A stretch of 64,000 bases of DNA from Macrostomum lignano (GCA_002269645.1 NIVC01002331.1:119125-183124); one strand, 5' to 3'; numbered from the stretch's first letter, positions 12,791-25,763 are shown. Notes: generated by a model not told the origin, from the sequence alone. Program-made: numbers and translations.

Positions 12791-13569
12791 CCGGATCCAC
12801 CAACTTCATAATTCCTAAAGCATAAGAAATAAAATATAGCTGGCACACAGGGTACTCGTCACAGTTTAATTCGGACTTATCAACCCTTGGAATTTGCTAA
12901 AAATTACACAATTGCCTTGATATATTTTGTAGAAAAAAAAGACAATTTCTTTACAAATTGAGAATCAATGCATTGCGATCAACCAATCAATATTGCAGGT
13001 AATTCAGCAAAAACAGTGTAAAATCAACAATTATTATATACAACAGCTGATTAAAGGTGCCATCAGTATGTACATATGAGAAATGATGACATAAAAGCAT
13101 AGTGCAGTTTTGCGACTTTTCTAGGTTAAGCGGTTTAAAACACAAATTAACAGATTAGAAAACAAACTGCACTGATAGATTTCTAAAACATTTATAAATA
13201 AACAGCTGCAAAATCTGCTCATTGCAAAAAGACTCATCAAGACTAGCTCATTGTAACAATAGGGAAAAATAATGAGTAATATTATAGCTAATTTAAGCCA
13301 AGCTTAATGTACACTATTATCGTACGTAAATAAATTCACCTTTCATACAAGAGATGCATGCTTCGAGCATTAGAATATTTTTTGTCTAAAAAAATTGAAA
13401 AAAACATTTAAAACGGCAAGCATAATTAAGCGCACTGCATACTACTGTTATCGGCTGAATGCGTTTTTGGGAATTTTTTGTGCTAAAAAATCTCACTTTA
13501 GCGGGTAGAAGGAGCAGTGAAGGGTTTGCTTGTATACAGTCTGAGGCACATCGCACTAGTGTGAGATCA

Positions 13570-14415
13570 CCAATGAGCTCTCAGCTACGATCATGAGATC
13601 CCAATGAGATCTCAGCTCCGATCATGAGATACCAATGAGATCTCAGCTCCGATCATGAGATACCAATGAGATCTCAGCTCCGATCATGAGATACCAATGA
13701 GATCACAGCTCCGATCATGAGATACCAATGAGATCTCAGCTCCGATCATGAGATACCAATGAGATCTCAGCTCCGATCATGAGATACCAATGAGATCTCA
13801 GCTCCGATCATGAGATCCCTATGAGATCTCAGTTCCGATCATGAGATCCAAATGAGATCTCAGCTCCGATCATGCGATCCCAATGAGATCTCAGCTTCGA
13901 TCATGAGATACCAATGAGATCTCAGCTCCGATCATGAGATCCTAATGAGATCTCAGCTCCGATCATGAGATCTCAGCTCTAATTAGGAGATCCAAATGAG
14001 ATCTCAGCTCCGATCATGAGATCCCAATGAGATCTCAGCTCCGATCATGAGATACCAAGCTCAGATGAGATTCCAAGCTCAGGTGAGATCTCAAAGATCA
14101 GATGAGGTCTCAAAGCTCAGATGAGGTCTCATAGCACAGATGAGGTCTCAAAGCTCAGATGAGGTCTCAAAGCACAGATGAGATCTCAAAGCTCAGATGA
14201 GGTTTTCAAGCTCAGGTGAGATCTCAAAGCTCAGATGAGGTCTTCAAGCTCAGATGAGGTCTTCAAGCTCAGATGAGGTCTTCAAGCTCAGGTGAGATCT
14301 CAAAGCTCAGATGAGGTCTTCAAGCTCAGGTGAGATCTCAAAGCTCAGATGAGGTCTTCAAGCTCAGGTGAGATCTCAAAGATCAGATGAGGTCTCAAAG
14401 CTCAGATGAGGTCCC
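13570..14415. repeat. Compound array: 31-bp ATGAGATCTCAGCTCCGATCATGAGATACCA grading into 19-bp AAGCTCAGATGAGGTCTTC
   Basis: Last 19-bp unit overlaps the semaphorin stop codon. Confidence 0.93.
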
Positions 14416-14893
14416 ACTCGTTAATCCGGTGATCAACTGGCGCATCATCGGCAAAGGCAGCCACAGCGGCCAGACTGTCGATGCTCGGCGGCCTCCAGCC
14501 GTCCAGCGAGGACAGAGCGGCAGAGTTACGCAGAGGCGGCTGCTGCGGGCGCGGGTTAGTGGCGTAGTCGTTCTCCACCGCGTGCTGCGTCGCCGCTGTC
14601 CCCGTCGCAGCGGCAGTCCCCGTTTGTCGTTCGTTGCTCGCCGACAAATTGTCCTGATTGCTACCGACGTCGGGTCGGTGACGCTTCAACAACGACGAAC
14701 ACGACGCTGCGTCGGTCAGTGGCCGCGGCGGCGGCGGCAGCGGCTGGCCGGGCGGCAGTTTCCGCCTCCGCCTGCTGCGCAGTCGCCGCCCGGCCAGGAA
14801 GCCGGCAGCGAAGCCGACGGCACCGAAGGTGGCCAGAACGGCGACGAAAGCGCCGACGGGCACCCGGGCGGCGGCTGCGTTGTCGGACGAGGA

Positions 14894-14924
<31 letters not shown>

Positions 14925-15108
14925 GAGGCCGAGGCTGGGCTGGTGTCGTAAGGCTGCAGCCGGTGGCTTGGCGACTCTTCGACACCGTTTTCGATGGCGG
15001 CTTGGATCGCCGCATCATCGACTGCGTTGTTGGCTGGTGACTGCGGCGGCGGCGGCGGCGGTGGCAACAGGCGCGATCTTTGCGGAGATCTAATCTCGGA
15101 ATCGACAC
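14402..15108 (-). CDS. Semaphorin-like gene, last exon: Pro/Ala-rich stalk, TM helix, cytoplasmic tail
   Basis: ctcatttcag|GT GTC GAT; ...VPVGAFVAVLATFGAVGFAAGFLAGRRLRSRRRRK (hydrophobic helix plus basic stop-transfer, GF..G pattern as in class 1/6 semaphorins)...NEWDLI*; phase 1 start matches the previous exon. Confidence 0.85.
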
Positions 15109-15184
15109 CTGAAATGAGGGGTTTTGGAATTCAAATTAAAAGTGTCTTCTTATCAGATTCTTCGAACTTTATTGAATAGGGATT

Positions 15185-15895
15185 TCTGGACTTTGTGAAT
15201 GGGTATTTATCAGACTGGTGAATAGGGATTTCTCAGACTGGTGAATGGGGATTTCTCAGATTGGTGAATGGGGATTTCTCAGATTGGTGAATCGGGATCA
15301 GATTGGTGAATGGGGATTTATCAGATTTGTGAATGGGGATTTATCAGATTGGTGAATGGGGATTTATCAGATTGGTGAATGAAGATTTATCAGATTGGTG
15401 AATGGAGATTTATCAGATTGGTGAATAGGGATTTATCAGATTAGTAAATGGAGATTTATCAGATTGGTGAATGGGGATTTATCAGATTGGTGAATGGGAA
15501 TTTATCAGGTTGGTGAGTGGGTATTTATCAGATTGGTGAATGGAGATTTATCAGATTGGTGAATGAGGATTTATCAGATTGGTGAATGGGGATTTATCAG
15601 ATTGGTGAATGGGGATTTATCAGATTGGTGAATGGAGATTTATCAGATTGGTGAACCGGGATTAATCAGATTGGTGAATGAGGATTTATCAGATTGGTGA
15701 ATGGGTATTTATCAGATTGGTGAATGGGAATTTATCAGGTTGGTGAGTGGGTATTTATCAGATTGGTGAATGGGGATTTATCAGGTTGGTGAGTGGGTAT
15801 TTATCAGATTGGTGAATGGGGATTTATCAGATGAGCAAATGGAGATTTATCAGATTGGTGAACTTGGATTAATGAGATTGGTGAATGGGGATTTA
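15185..15895. repeat. 23-bp minisatellite GATTTATCAGATTGGTGAATGGG
   Basis: Tandem units visible. Confidence 0.95.
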
Positions 15896-16624
15896 TCAGT
15901 ACATTCCCCTTAGTGAATTGGGGATATACTGGTAGCTGAATATACATTATATATATTTCCACAGATCAATAGCCCTCTAAAAGAGGGCTAAAAAGCTGTC
16001 TTTCAAGCAAAATTACAACCAAGCAATGTGTTGCCTCGAAAGCAGAGAAACCCGAAGCCACTCTACTAGCAGGCAGGAAAATTGAGCCAGCAGGAGGGGC
16101 AGGAAATGCAAAAAAATAAATAAAAACCACAAGGCATCGAGGATTAAGCAGAGCTGCTAGATAGGACAGCTTGTATCTGTGCGAATTTCTAATTGTAGCC
16201 AAAAGCTGCAGTTCTGTTTATACAAACCCCAACAGCCCAGAATCTAAACGAAAACAGATTGAGAAAAATAAACCAGTGCAGAGCAGGCACACAGCAACTG
16301 GAATTTGCGTGTGAACATTGTGACCCTGTGCGGCAACCACCTTACTCCGATTGCGCGCCAAAAAACCTGGCCACGGAAAAACTAAAAGAGCAATAGGAAA
16401 AGGCAGTAACAGCAAAAGCAGAAGCAGTATTTCTCTTAACATCTGCTTATGGACTTTTGTAGCGCGATTAATTTCCTAATTTTCTAAGTCCATTCGAAAG
16501 GGGTTAATTTATGGACATATTGCTACTTGTACTAAGTGTTTGATTGAAAAAAATATTTACATTTCCACTATCGGGTGCGGCTTTGATCCGCTTCACTTTT
16601 CTTAGTCACATCTCTGCACACCCG

Positions 16625-19195
16625 CATTCCACCTCTACCCGCTCCACTCTCTACTCCCCATTTCACTCTCTATCCCTTATTCATCTCTATCCCTTATTGC
16701 ACTCTCTATCCCTTATTCCACTCTCTATCCCTTATTGCACTCTCTATCCCTTATTCCACTCTCTATCCCTTATTCCACTCTCTATCCCTTATTGCACTCT
16801 CTATCCCTTATTCATCTTTATCCCTTATTGCACTCTCTAACCCCCGTTCCACTCTCTACCCCCATTTCACTCTCTATCCCTTATTCATCTCTATCCCTTA
16901 TTGCACTCTCTATCCCTTATTGCACTCTCTATCCCTTATTGCACTCTCTATCCCTTATTGCACTCTCTATCCCTTATTGCACTCTCTATCCCTTATTGCA
17001 CTCTCTAACCCCCGTTCCACTCTCTATCCCTTATTGCATTCTCTATCTCTATCCCTTATTGCACTCTCTAACCCCCGTTCCACTCTCTATCCCTTATTGC
17101 ACTCTCTATCTCTATCCCTTATTGCACTCTCTAACCCCCGTTCCACTCTCTATCCCTTATTGCACTCTCTATCCCTTATTGCACTCTCTAACCCCCGTTC
17201 CACTCTCTATCCCTTATTGCACTCTCTGACCCCCGTTCCACTCTCTACCCCCATTTCACTCTCTATCCCTTATTGCACTCTCTGACCCTTATCTCTATCC
17301 CTTATCTATCCCTTATTGCACTCTCTACCCCTTATTGCACTCTCTATCCCTTATTGCACTCTCTATCCCTTATTGCACTCTCTATCCCTTATTGCACTCT
17401 CTATCCCTTATTGCACTCTCTATCCCTTATTGCACTCTCTATCCCTTATTGCACTCTCCATCCCTTATTGCACTCTCTATCCCTTATTGCACTCTCTATC
17501 CCTTATTGCACTCTCTAACCCCCGTTCCACTCTCTACCCCATTTCACTCTCTATCCCTTATTGCACTCTCTATCCCTTATTCCACTCTCTATCCCTTATT
17601 GCACTCTCTATCCCTTATTCATCTCTATCCCTTATTCATCTCTATCCCTTATTGCACTCTCTATCCCTTATTGCACTCTCTAACCCCCGTTCCACTCTCT
17701 ACCCCCATTTCACTCTCTATCCCTTATTGCACTCTCTATCCCTTATTCCACTCTCTATCCCTTATTGCACTCTCTATCCCTTATTCATCTCTATCCCTTA
17801 TTCATCTCTATCCCTTATTGCACTCTCTATCCCTTATTGCACTCTCTATCCCTTATTGCACTCTCTATCCCTTATTCATCTCTATCCCTTATTCATCTCT
17901 ATCCCTTATTGCACTCTCTATCCCTTATTGCACTCTCTATCCCTTATTGCACTCTCTATCCCTTATTCCACTCTCTATCCCTTATTCCACTCTCTATCCC
18001 TTATTCCACTCTCTATCCCTTATTCCACTCTCTATCCCTTATTCCACTCTCTATCCCTTATTGCACTCTCTATCCCTTATTCATCTTTATCCCTTATTGC
18101 ACTCTCTAACCCCCGTTCCACTCTCTACCCCCATTTCACTCTCTATCCCTTATTCATCTCTATCCCTTATTGCACTCTCTATCCCTTATTGCACTCTCTA
18201 TCCCTTATTGCACTCTCTATCCCTTATTGCACTCTCTATCCCTTATTGCACTCTCTATCCCTTATTGCACTCTCTAACCCCCGTTCCACTCTCTATCCCT
18301 TATTGCACTCTCTGACCCCCGTTCCACTCTCTACCCCCATTTCACTCTCTATCCCTTATTGCACTCTCTGACCCTTATCTCTATCCCTTATCTATCCCTT
18401 ATTGCACTCTCTACCCCTTATTGCACTCTCTATCCCTTATTGCACTCTCTATCCCTTATTGCACTCTCTATCCCTTATTGCACTCTCTATCCCTTATTGC
18501 ACTCTCTATCCCTTATTGCACTCTCTATCCCTTATTGCACTCTCCATCCCTTATTGCACTCTCTATCCCTTATTGCACTCTCTATCCCTTATTGCACTCT
18601 CTAACCCCCGTTCCACTCTCTACCCCCATTTCACTCTCTATCCCTTATTGCACTCTCTATCCCTTATTCCACTCTCTATCCCTTATTGCACTCTCTATCC
18701 CTTATTCATCTCTATCCCTTATTCATCTCTATCCCTTATTGCACTCTCTATCCCTTATTGCACTCTCTAACCCCCGTTCCACTCTCTACCCCCATTTCAC
18801 TCTCTATCCCTTATTGCACTCTCTATCCCTTATTCCACTCTCTATCCCTTATTGCACTCTCTATCCCTTATTCATCTCTATCCCTTATTCATCTCTATCC
18901 CTTATTGCACTCTCTATCCCTTATTGCACTCTCTATCCCTTATTGCACTCTCTATCCCTTATTCATCTCTATCCCTTATTCATCTCTATCCCTTATTGCA
19001 CTCTCTATCCCTTATTGCACTCTCTATCCCTTATTGCACTCTCTATCCCTTATTCCACTCTCTATCCCTTATTCCACTCTCTATCCCTTATTCCACTCTC
19101 TATCCCTTATTCCACTCTCTACCTCCCGTTCCATTCTCTACCCCCATTCCACTCTCTACCCCCGATTGCCACTCTCTACCCCGTTCCACTCTCTG
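16625..19195. repeat. 19-bp minisatellite CACTCTCTATCCCTTATTG with a ~1086-bp internal duplication
   Basis: Rare variant TCTGACCCTTATCTCTATCC at 17281 and 18367. Confidence 0.96.
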
Positions 19196-19335
19196 CACAG
19201 CTATGAGGGCCAACCCCCAAGGCACCGAGAGTGTACATGTCTGATGATTAGAAAGTCGTACACCCTGTGTAAGCGTGTGTATGAGTGCGTGCCTGCGTAC
19301 ATGGGCGGCATTGTGTGCAACGATGTCGCCGAAGG
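19195..19335 (+). mobile_element. SINE family X, copy B (headless, abuts a 19-bp array)
   Basis: CACAGCTATGAGGGCCAACCCCCAAGGCACCGAGAGTGTACATGTCTGATGATTAGAAAGTCGTACACCCTGTGTAAGCGTG. Confidence 0.75.
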
Positions 19336-19985
19336 TATTTCAGTATCTTGTGTTTACTCAAACCCATAAAAAAGCGATAAACAAGCAAGAAACAGATCGT
19401 CTAAAGAGTTAAAGCATCCTAGAAAAACACTAGTTTAAAAGCAAAGGCGCCCCTGCACATTGTTGAATTTTTGAGGCTATTCTGGCCCAGAAAGCCGAAA
19501 CAGGCGCAGAGTTGCTCGATTAGCAATTCCATTCCATTAGCGAGAAAGAGTGGGCGGGCGGGGTGCGGAGAGTAGCGAAAGGAAGCAGCAAAGGAAATTC
19601 CAGGGCGACCAGCCTAATTACCAAAGCAGCGAAGAGATCATTGGAGGGGAGGGGGCCTTTGAAAAAAATGAGGAGAGAAAGCCACTGCGAGGAAAGCTGG
19701 ACAGCTGCTCAGAGTGATGAAGCACGAATGCTGCTTGAGAATCTCAGAAGAACTGGTCTTCAGGCTCGCGTGCGTGGGAGAGGGAAGGAGAGCTGGACGG
19801 GAAATGGGCCAAGCTGATGCAGAGAACAGATGGCTTGAGGGGACGGCACGGGATGCTGCGCTGCGGTCGGCCTGAACACGGCACTGTTCAACATTTTTAA
19901 CCATGAAATTAGTATAATTACCCATGACGGGCAGGGTGTGAAAGTAAAAGATGAGAATGCGACAGAGTCTAAGAGTTTAGCCAAG

Positions 19986-19987
19986 GC

Positions 19988-20022
<35 letters not shown>

Positions 20023-20028
20023 TCAGGC

Positions 20029-20099
<71 letters not shown>

Positions 20100-20105
20100 T
20101 CAGGC

Positions 20106-20156
<51 letters not shown>

Positions 20157-20262
20157 TCAGGCAGACAGACAGACAGACACTAAGACAGACAGACACTAAG
20201 ACAGACAGACACTAAGACAGACAGACACTAAGACAGACAGACACTAAGACAGACAGACACTA

Positions 20263-20295
<33 letters not shown>

Positions 20296-20362
20296 CTAAG
20301 ACAGACAGACACTAAGACAGACAGACACTAAGACAGACAGACAGACAGACAGACAGACACTA

Positions 20363-20427
<65 letters not shown>

Positions 20428-20447
20428 GGCAGACAGACAGACAGGCA
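19986..20447. repeat. (GACA)n microsatellite with CTAA/TCAG interruptions
   Basis: Direct reading. Confidence 0.97.
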
Positions 20448-21139
20448 GAGCTGCAAGTGACCTCACAAGAGGTCAGAATCAGCAAATGCAGGTCGGCCAC
20501 AGACCCGCCCACTCAAGCGTCTTCAGGCCACCCGCAGCCCCTCAGTAAAAAATGTAAAGCCGGAAATTTTGACACAAGCCATTTTTCCTTCAGACGTTAA
20601 GAATGAAAACAATGAGAACGGGAGTTCAATCCGGTGGGAGGGGGGGTTGAATGGACAGTGCAGTACAATGCGCGTGAATATAGTTTCACACAATACATTA
20701 CTGAAGCTTCAACCCACAGGGAAGTTGCGTGTACAATCGGGCTTGCGGGAATTCAGGGTAGAGAAAAAGAGACTATAAGATCATAAATCACCTGCGCAAA
20801 TCCTCCAAGAGAGTCGAGAGCCTCACCAAGCCCACTTCTCACACTCAGTGGCTCCAGTTTCTAACTGCATAGCGGCAGGAGTCACTGGGCCACACTGTGA
20901 GATGAGGGCGTGTGGCTTTGGGCATTGTGGACGTTTTTATATAACTGGGGAATGAGAGAGCGGAATGAGCACGCGAGGGGAGACAGTATAATGGCGGCGT
21001 TATTTTTAATTGAATTGTAGATTTTAAAGGTCTGAGCCACACGCGCTCTATGGTAGCTAGGCAGACAATATCTAACAAAGCATTGCTTGCATGGAAGTAC
21101 CGGTATTGCATGCAATGAGAGAGAAAGGGGGGTCCGGGA

Positions 21140-22410
21140 GTACAGGGAACCGAGGAGAAAAGGGAAGGAGAGGGGAGAGGGAGAGAAAGAGGGAGGAGGG
21201 AGAAAAGGAAGAGGTAGAGAGAAAGGGGAGAGGGAGAGAAAAGGGAGATAAAGGGGGGAGGGAGAGAAAAGGGAGATAAAGGGGAGAGGGAGAGAAAAGG
21301 GAGAGGGAGAGAAAGGGGAGAGGGAGAGAAAGGGGAGAGGGAGAGAAAGGGGAGAGGGAGAGAAAGGGGAGAGGGAGAGAAAGGGGAGAGGGAGAGAAAG
21401 GGGAGAGGGAGAGAAAGGGGAGAGGGAGAGAAAGGGGAGAGGGAGAGAAAGGGGAGAGGGAGAGAAAGGGGAGAGGGAGAGAAAGGGGAGAGGGAGAGAA
21501 AGGGGAGAGGTAGAGAAAGGGGAGAGGGAGAGAAAAGGGAGATAAAGGGGAGAGGGAGAGAAAAGGGAGAGGGAGAGAAAGGGGAGAGGGAGAGAAAGGG
21601 GAGAGGGAGAGAAAGGGAGAGGGAGAGAAAGGGGAGAGGGAGAGAAAGGGGAGAGGGAGAGAAAGGGGAGAGGGAGAGAAAGGGGATAGGGAGAGAAAGG
21701 GGATAGGGAGAGAAAGGGGATAGGGAGAGAAAGGGGAGAGGGAGAGAAAGGGGAGAGGGAGAGAAAGGGGAGAGGGAGATAAAGGGGAGAGGGAGAGAAA
21801 GGGGAGAGGGAGAGAAAGGGGAGAGGGAGAGAAAGGGGAGAGGGAGAGAAAGGGGAGAGGGAGAGAAAGGGGAGAGGGAGAGAAAGGGGAGAGGGAGAGA
21901 AAGGGGAGAGGGAGAGAAAGGGGAGAGGGAGAGAAAGGGGAGAGGGAGAGAAAGGGGAGAGGGAAAGAAAGGGGAGAGGGAGAGAAAGGGGAGAGGGAGA
22001 GAAAGGGGAGAGGTAGAGAAAGGGGAGAGGGAGAGAAAAGGGAGATAAAGGGGAGAGGGAGAGAGAAAAAGAGAGGGAGAGAAAAGGGAGAGGGAGAGAA
22101 AGGGGAGAGGTAGAGAAAGGGGAGAGGGAGAGAAAAGGGAGATAAAGGGGAGAGGGAGAGAGAAAAAGAGAGGGAGAGAAAAGGGAGAGGGAGAGAGAAA
22201 GGGAGAGGGAGAGAGAAAGGGAGAGGGAGAGAGAAAGGGAGAGGGAGAGAGAAAGGGAGAGGGAGAGAGAAAGGGAGAGGGAGAGAGAAAGGGAGAGGGA
22301 GAGAAAGAGGAGAGGGAGAGAGAAAGGGGAGAGGGAGAGAAAGGGGAGAGGGAGAGAAAGGGGAGAGGGAGAGGGGAGAGGGAAAAGGGAGAGGGCGGAG
22401 GTGAGGGGGG
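21140..22410. repeat. 17-bp polypurine array GGGGAGAGGGAGAGAAA
   Basis: Direct reading. Confidence 0.95.
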
Positions 22411-22460
22411 AGAATAGACAGTGGCCTGTTGCCATGAGGAGCCTGAGAGGGCAAACTCAC

Positions 22461-22525
22461 CAACGTGATCAACGATGACTGGGCAGTCGGCTGGCAGGTC
22501 ATCAAGGGAATAGTTTTTCCCGGAC
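22461..22525 (-). CDS. Semaphorin-like exon (end of PSI domain)
   Basis: ccccaattccag|G TCC GGG...GTT G|gtgagt; SGKNYSLDDLPADCPVIVDHV; 65 nt, phase 2 to 1, in frame with both neighbours. Confidence 0.8.
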
Positions 22526-22974
22526 CTGGAATTGGGGTAAAAAAGCAACAAATTGATAGAAATTGTGAGCAATAATGCATCAGTTTTAACAGTGCTTCTA
22601 CAGGGCGAGTGTCTCCAGAGACAGCGCGTTGAGCTGCTACTAGAAGAGCTCTCAAAGAATTGGTTTTCCCCAAAACCCGATAATGTCCAGGGTTAAGCAA
22701 CACCAGGAACTAAAAGCAAATGCATTTTTTGTTTGAATACAGTGTCAATCAAGAAAATTGAGGTAAAAATGGGAGAATTTTTTCTAGAGCCACGTCAATC
22801 AAGGGATTAGCCGGATCAGACAATACGCCACCAGCTGACTCACATCGAGATAATGAAGTCTTAATTACTCGGATTGAAACCATGAATTACCTTTGAGATT
22901 CAATCTATGACCTCGGTCTGACTTAGCGACCAAGGACCACTAAGAATATGAATTCTCGGCCAGTTCTGCAATCC

Positions 22975-23280
22975 TAAGTGGTCCCTGGCCACTTCTACTA
23001 TCATAGTGGTCCTCGGCCAGTTCACCTACATGTATTCTATTGGTCCTGGGCAAATTCTACTATCATAGTGGTCCTCGGCCAGTTCAGCTATCCTAGTGGT
23101 CCCTGGCCACTTCTAGTGGTCCTCGGCCAGTTCAGTTATTGGTCCTGGGCAAATTCTACTATCATAGTGGTCCTCGGCCAGTTCAGCTATCATAGTGGTC
23201 CTCAGCCACTTCTAGTGGTCCTTGGACACTTCTACTTTCCTAGTGGAGCTTGACCATTGGTTCTACTCCTAGCGGTCCTT
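22975..23280. repeat. Degenerate TAGTGGTCC(T/C)(C/T)GGCCA-core array
   Basis: Mosaic tandem units. Confidence 0.8.
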
Positions 23281-23340
23281 GCTACCGACATGTATGGAAA
23301 TTAGCATTTGATATTAGGCTTGGTGGTAAAATAAACTCAC

Positions 23341-23596
23341 CCAGTGATTGAGATCTCCGCGCACCGCATCCCGATGGGATCCCAGCGACATCCGGGATCC
23401 CTCCTGCAGGCGGGGCAGTCGGTCCCTGCCTGTCGGCATCCGGGCGACAGCGGCGCAGAGGCTGCCCGATCGCCGGAGAAGACGAAAAGCCGGCCGTCGC
23501 GAACCACAACTCGATCGACTGCGAAGTCGGGCAGAAGGTGCAGCGTCTCCAGAACGGAGCCGGTGTTGGCCAGGACTTTGAGCACTGCTCCGTTGT
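23341..23596 (-). CDS. Semaphorin-like exon (last Sema blade plus PSI domain)
   Basis: caatcccccag|AC AAC GGA...ACT GG|gtgagt; DNGAVLKVLANTGSVLETLHLL...PGCRQAGTDCPACRRDPGCRWDPIGMRC, matching the 'GT..G.VLKV' and PSI 'C..C..RDP.C.WD....C' patterns. Confidence 0.88.
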
Positions 23597-23639
23597 CTGG
23601 GGGATTGGGATTGGGAAATTAGCCATTGTAGAGGGATGT

Positions 23640-24140
23640 GACTGATTCTGTGCTCTGAGCACTCTCTGTTGGGTATACTGGACTCTGAGCACTCTGGCTC
23701 AGACTGTAGAGTGTGTTCGACCCTGGGCACTCTCTGTGGGATTTGAAGGACTCTGGGCGCTGAGCACTCCCGGAGGTGTGCTGCGGAAACAATTCTGAGC
23801 ACTCCATGAAAAATAGTTGTAAAGGAAGCCATTCTGAGCACTCTCTGATGAAGAAAGTGTGAAGGAACCCATTCTGAGCACTCTGGGGAAGAAGGGTTGA
23901 AGCAACCCATTTTAAGCATTCTCTGATGAAGAACGTGTGAAGGAACCCATTCTGAGCACTCTCTGATGAACGTTTGAAGGAACCTATTCTGAGCACTCTC
24001 TAAGGAAGAACGTGTGAAGGAACCCATTCTGAGCACTCTCTCATGAAGAACGTGTGAAGGAACCTATTCTGAGCACTCTCTAAGGAAGAACGTGTGAAGG
24101 AACCCATTCTGAGCACTCTCTCATGAATAACGTGTGAGGG
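23640..24140. repeat. ~40-bp minisatellite GGAACCCATTCTGAGCACTCTCTGATGAAGAACGTGTGAA, degenerate toward the exon
   Basis: Tandem units visible. Confidence 0.9.
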
Positions 24141-24854
24141 AGAGAGCCTGGCTCGCTGCATTTGTCAGATGCATACACACCCATAATACACAGTTAAAGA
24201 AAATCACAATGGGACGACGTACAATGTAGCAGAAATGGCATAAAAATTGCTCAATTCCTCAATTCTCACTCCCAACACACAGTGCAGGAGCAGTTAAGTT
24301 AGAGAAAAAAGACTACAAATTCAATGCTCTGACTTAGTCAGATGTGACAGGTTACAAATTTAGTCACAGAAAAGCTAGTATGGCAGCTAGGTGCTTCTAA
24401 ACATCGCATCCTGCTGCTATTCAGAGCTTTTAGACAGGCCTTAACAGAAGAATTCAGTCTTCTCCTACTCTAGAGTAGCCTTATCGTCTGTAAATACAGT
24501 AGCTATGCTCAAATTCCTATCTGCTTCAATGCTTGTAATTGCAGTTACTAAAGTACTAAGCAGCATGCAGTCTAACTAACGGCTGCCACACTAGCTGCAT
24601 ACAAACTCAGCAAATCATTTACGCAATGCCTATGAGACATGCGGAGCCAAGCACTCTGGCTGGCGGCAAAATTAAAGTGCAAATCATACTGCTGAAGAGA
24701 TGAGGCATGCAGTACTTGCTATTCTCGGTGATGGATGGGAGTTGGGGGTGGGGGGGGGGCAATTTGTCCCCTAGAAGGGAGTTTGGGCAATTTGTCGGAG
24801 AGTTTTATAGACGACTTTTTTAAATTCATCAATTGTGAATGGAAATTTTGTTGT

Positions 24855-25285
24855 GGGCGCTTTTCTAGAGGATTTAGGGGCGTTTTTTAGGAGATTGAGG
24901 GGCGATTTTCTAGAGGATGGAGGGGAGATTTTCTAGGAGATTAAGGGGCGATTTTCTAGAGGATTGAGGGGAGATTTTCTAGGAGATTAAGGGGCGATTT
25001 TCTAGAGGATTGAGGGGAGATTTTCTAGGAAATTGAGGGTGATTTTCTAGGAGATTGAGGGGTGATTTTCTAGAGGATTGAGGGTGATTTTCTATAAGAT
25101 TGAGGGGTGATTTTCTAGAGGATTGAGGGGTGATTTTCTAGAGGATTGAGGGGTGATTTTCTATAAGATTGAGGGGCGATTTTCTAGAGGATTAAGGGTG
25201 ATTTTCTAAGAGATGTGTAGGGGCGATTCTCTAGGGGATTTAGGGGTAATTTTGTAGGGAATTAAGAGGCGAGTTTCTAGCATAT
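24855..25285. repeat. 22-23-bp minisatellite GATTTTCTAGAGGATTGAGGGG(T/C)
   Basis: Tandem units visible. Confidence 0.9.
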
Positions 25286-25325
25286 TGAAAAATTCAGAGG
25301 GCCATTAAAAACCTGTTGAACACAC

Positions 25326-25763
25326 CTGTGCCCATCAGCAGGAGGTCCCTAGGTGGCAAGCCCACGTCAAAGGCGGCAGCCACCGCAGTCACGCGGTGCT
25401 TGGCCCCGGCCTGCAGAGTCAGCAGGCTGCTGGCCACAAGCGGCCGCGCTACCAGCGGCGCCATCCTTTCGACCTTCAAGTTGCTGAAGCGCAGCCTGCC
25501 AGCCTCATCAGGAGTCCAGCTGCAGCTGGTCGGCTGCGCCCGGCCGCTCCGCCTGGCAAATTCCGACCTTGGCAACCGGCTGGCCGTGTAGGGCGCCTGC
25601 CAGGCAGTCCGGTTCAGCTCGATGAAGCTGTCCGCGCTCGATAGCAGCGCTTCGGCTTCGGCCGCGTCGAAACGGCAGACGGCTTGAAAACCACCGGCTG
25701 GCGAGTTCTGGGGCGAGAATAGGCCGTAGAATGCGCCCGACTGGCTGAACTGAGTGACCTGGT
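25326..25763 (-). CDS. Semaphorin-like exon (Sema domain)
   Basis: cgcttgcag|AC CAG GTC...GGC ACA G|gtgtgt; FYGLFSPQNSPAGGFQAVCRFD...RVTAVAAAFDVG...LLLMGT, matching Sema 'FYGVF....SAVC.F' and 'LFLGT'; 438 nt, phase 1 to 1. Confidence 0.87.

Noticed and set aside
11492-12848. Long ORFs (VLGSGIE)n and (PNTSIPD)n suggesting a mucin-like or repeat protein
   Set aside because: They arise from a stop-free 21-bp unit open on both strands; the frame breaks at about 12355; there is no real start, signal peptide or splice context; the array lies between two convergent genes.
14387-15179. Plus-strand ORFs overlapping the semaphorin last exon (likewise 8340-8702, 23344-23622, 36789-37476, 43496-44415, 60418-60921)
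   Set aside because: Antisense or alternate-frame shadows of GC-rich true exons, with no independent homology.
16544-22703. Numerous 100-575 aa ORFs (HSLSLIALSIPYCTLYPLL, SPLSLPLPFL)
   Set aside because: They are translations of 19-bp and 17-bp minisatellites in all frames within a semaphorin intron; only 22461-22525 is a real exon.
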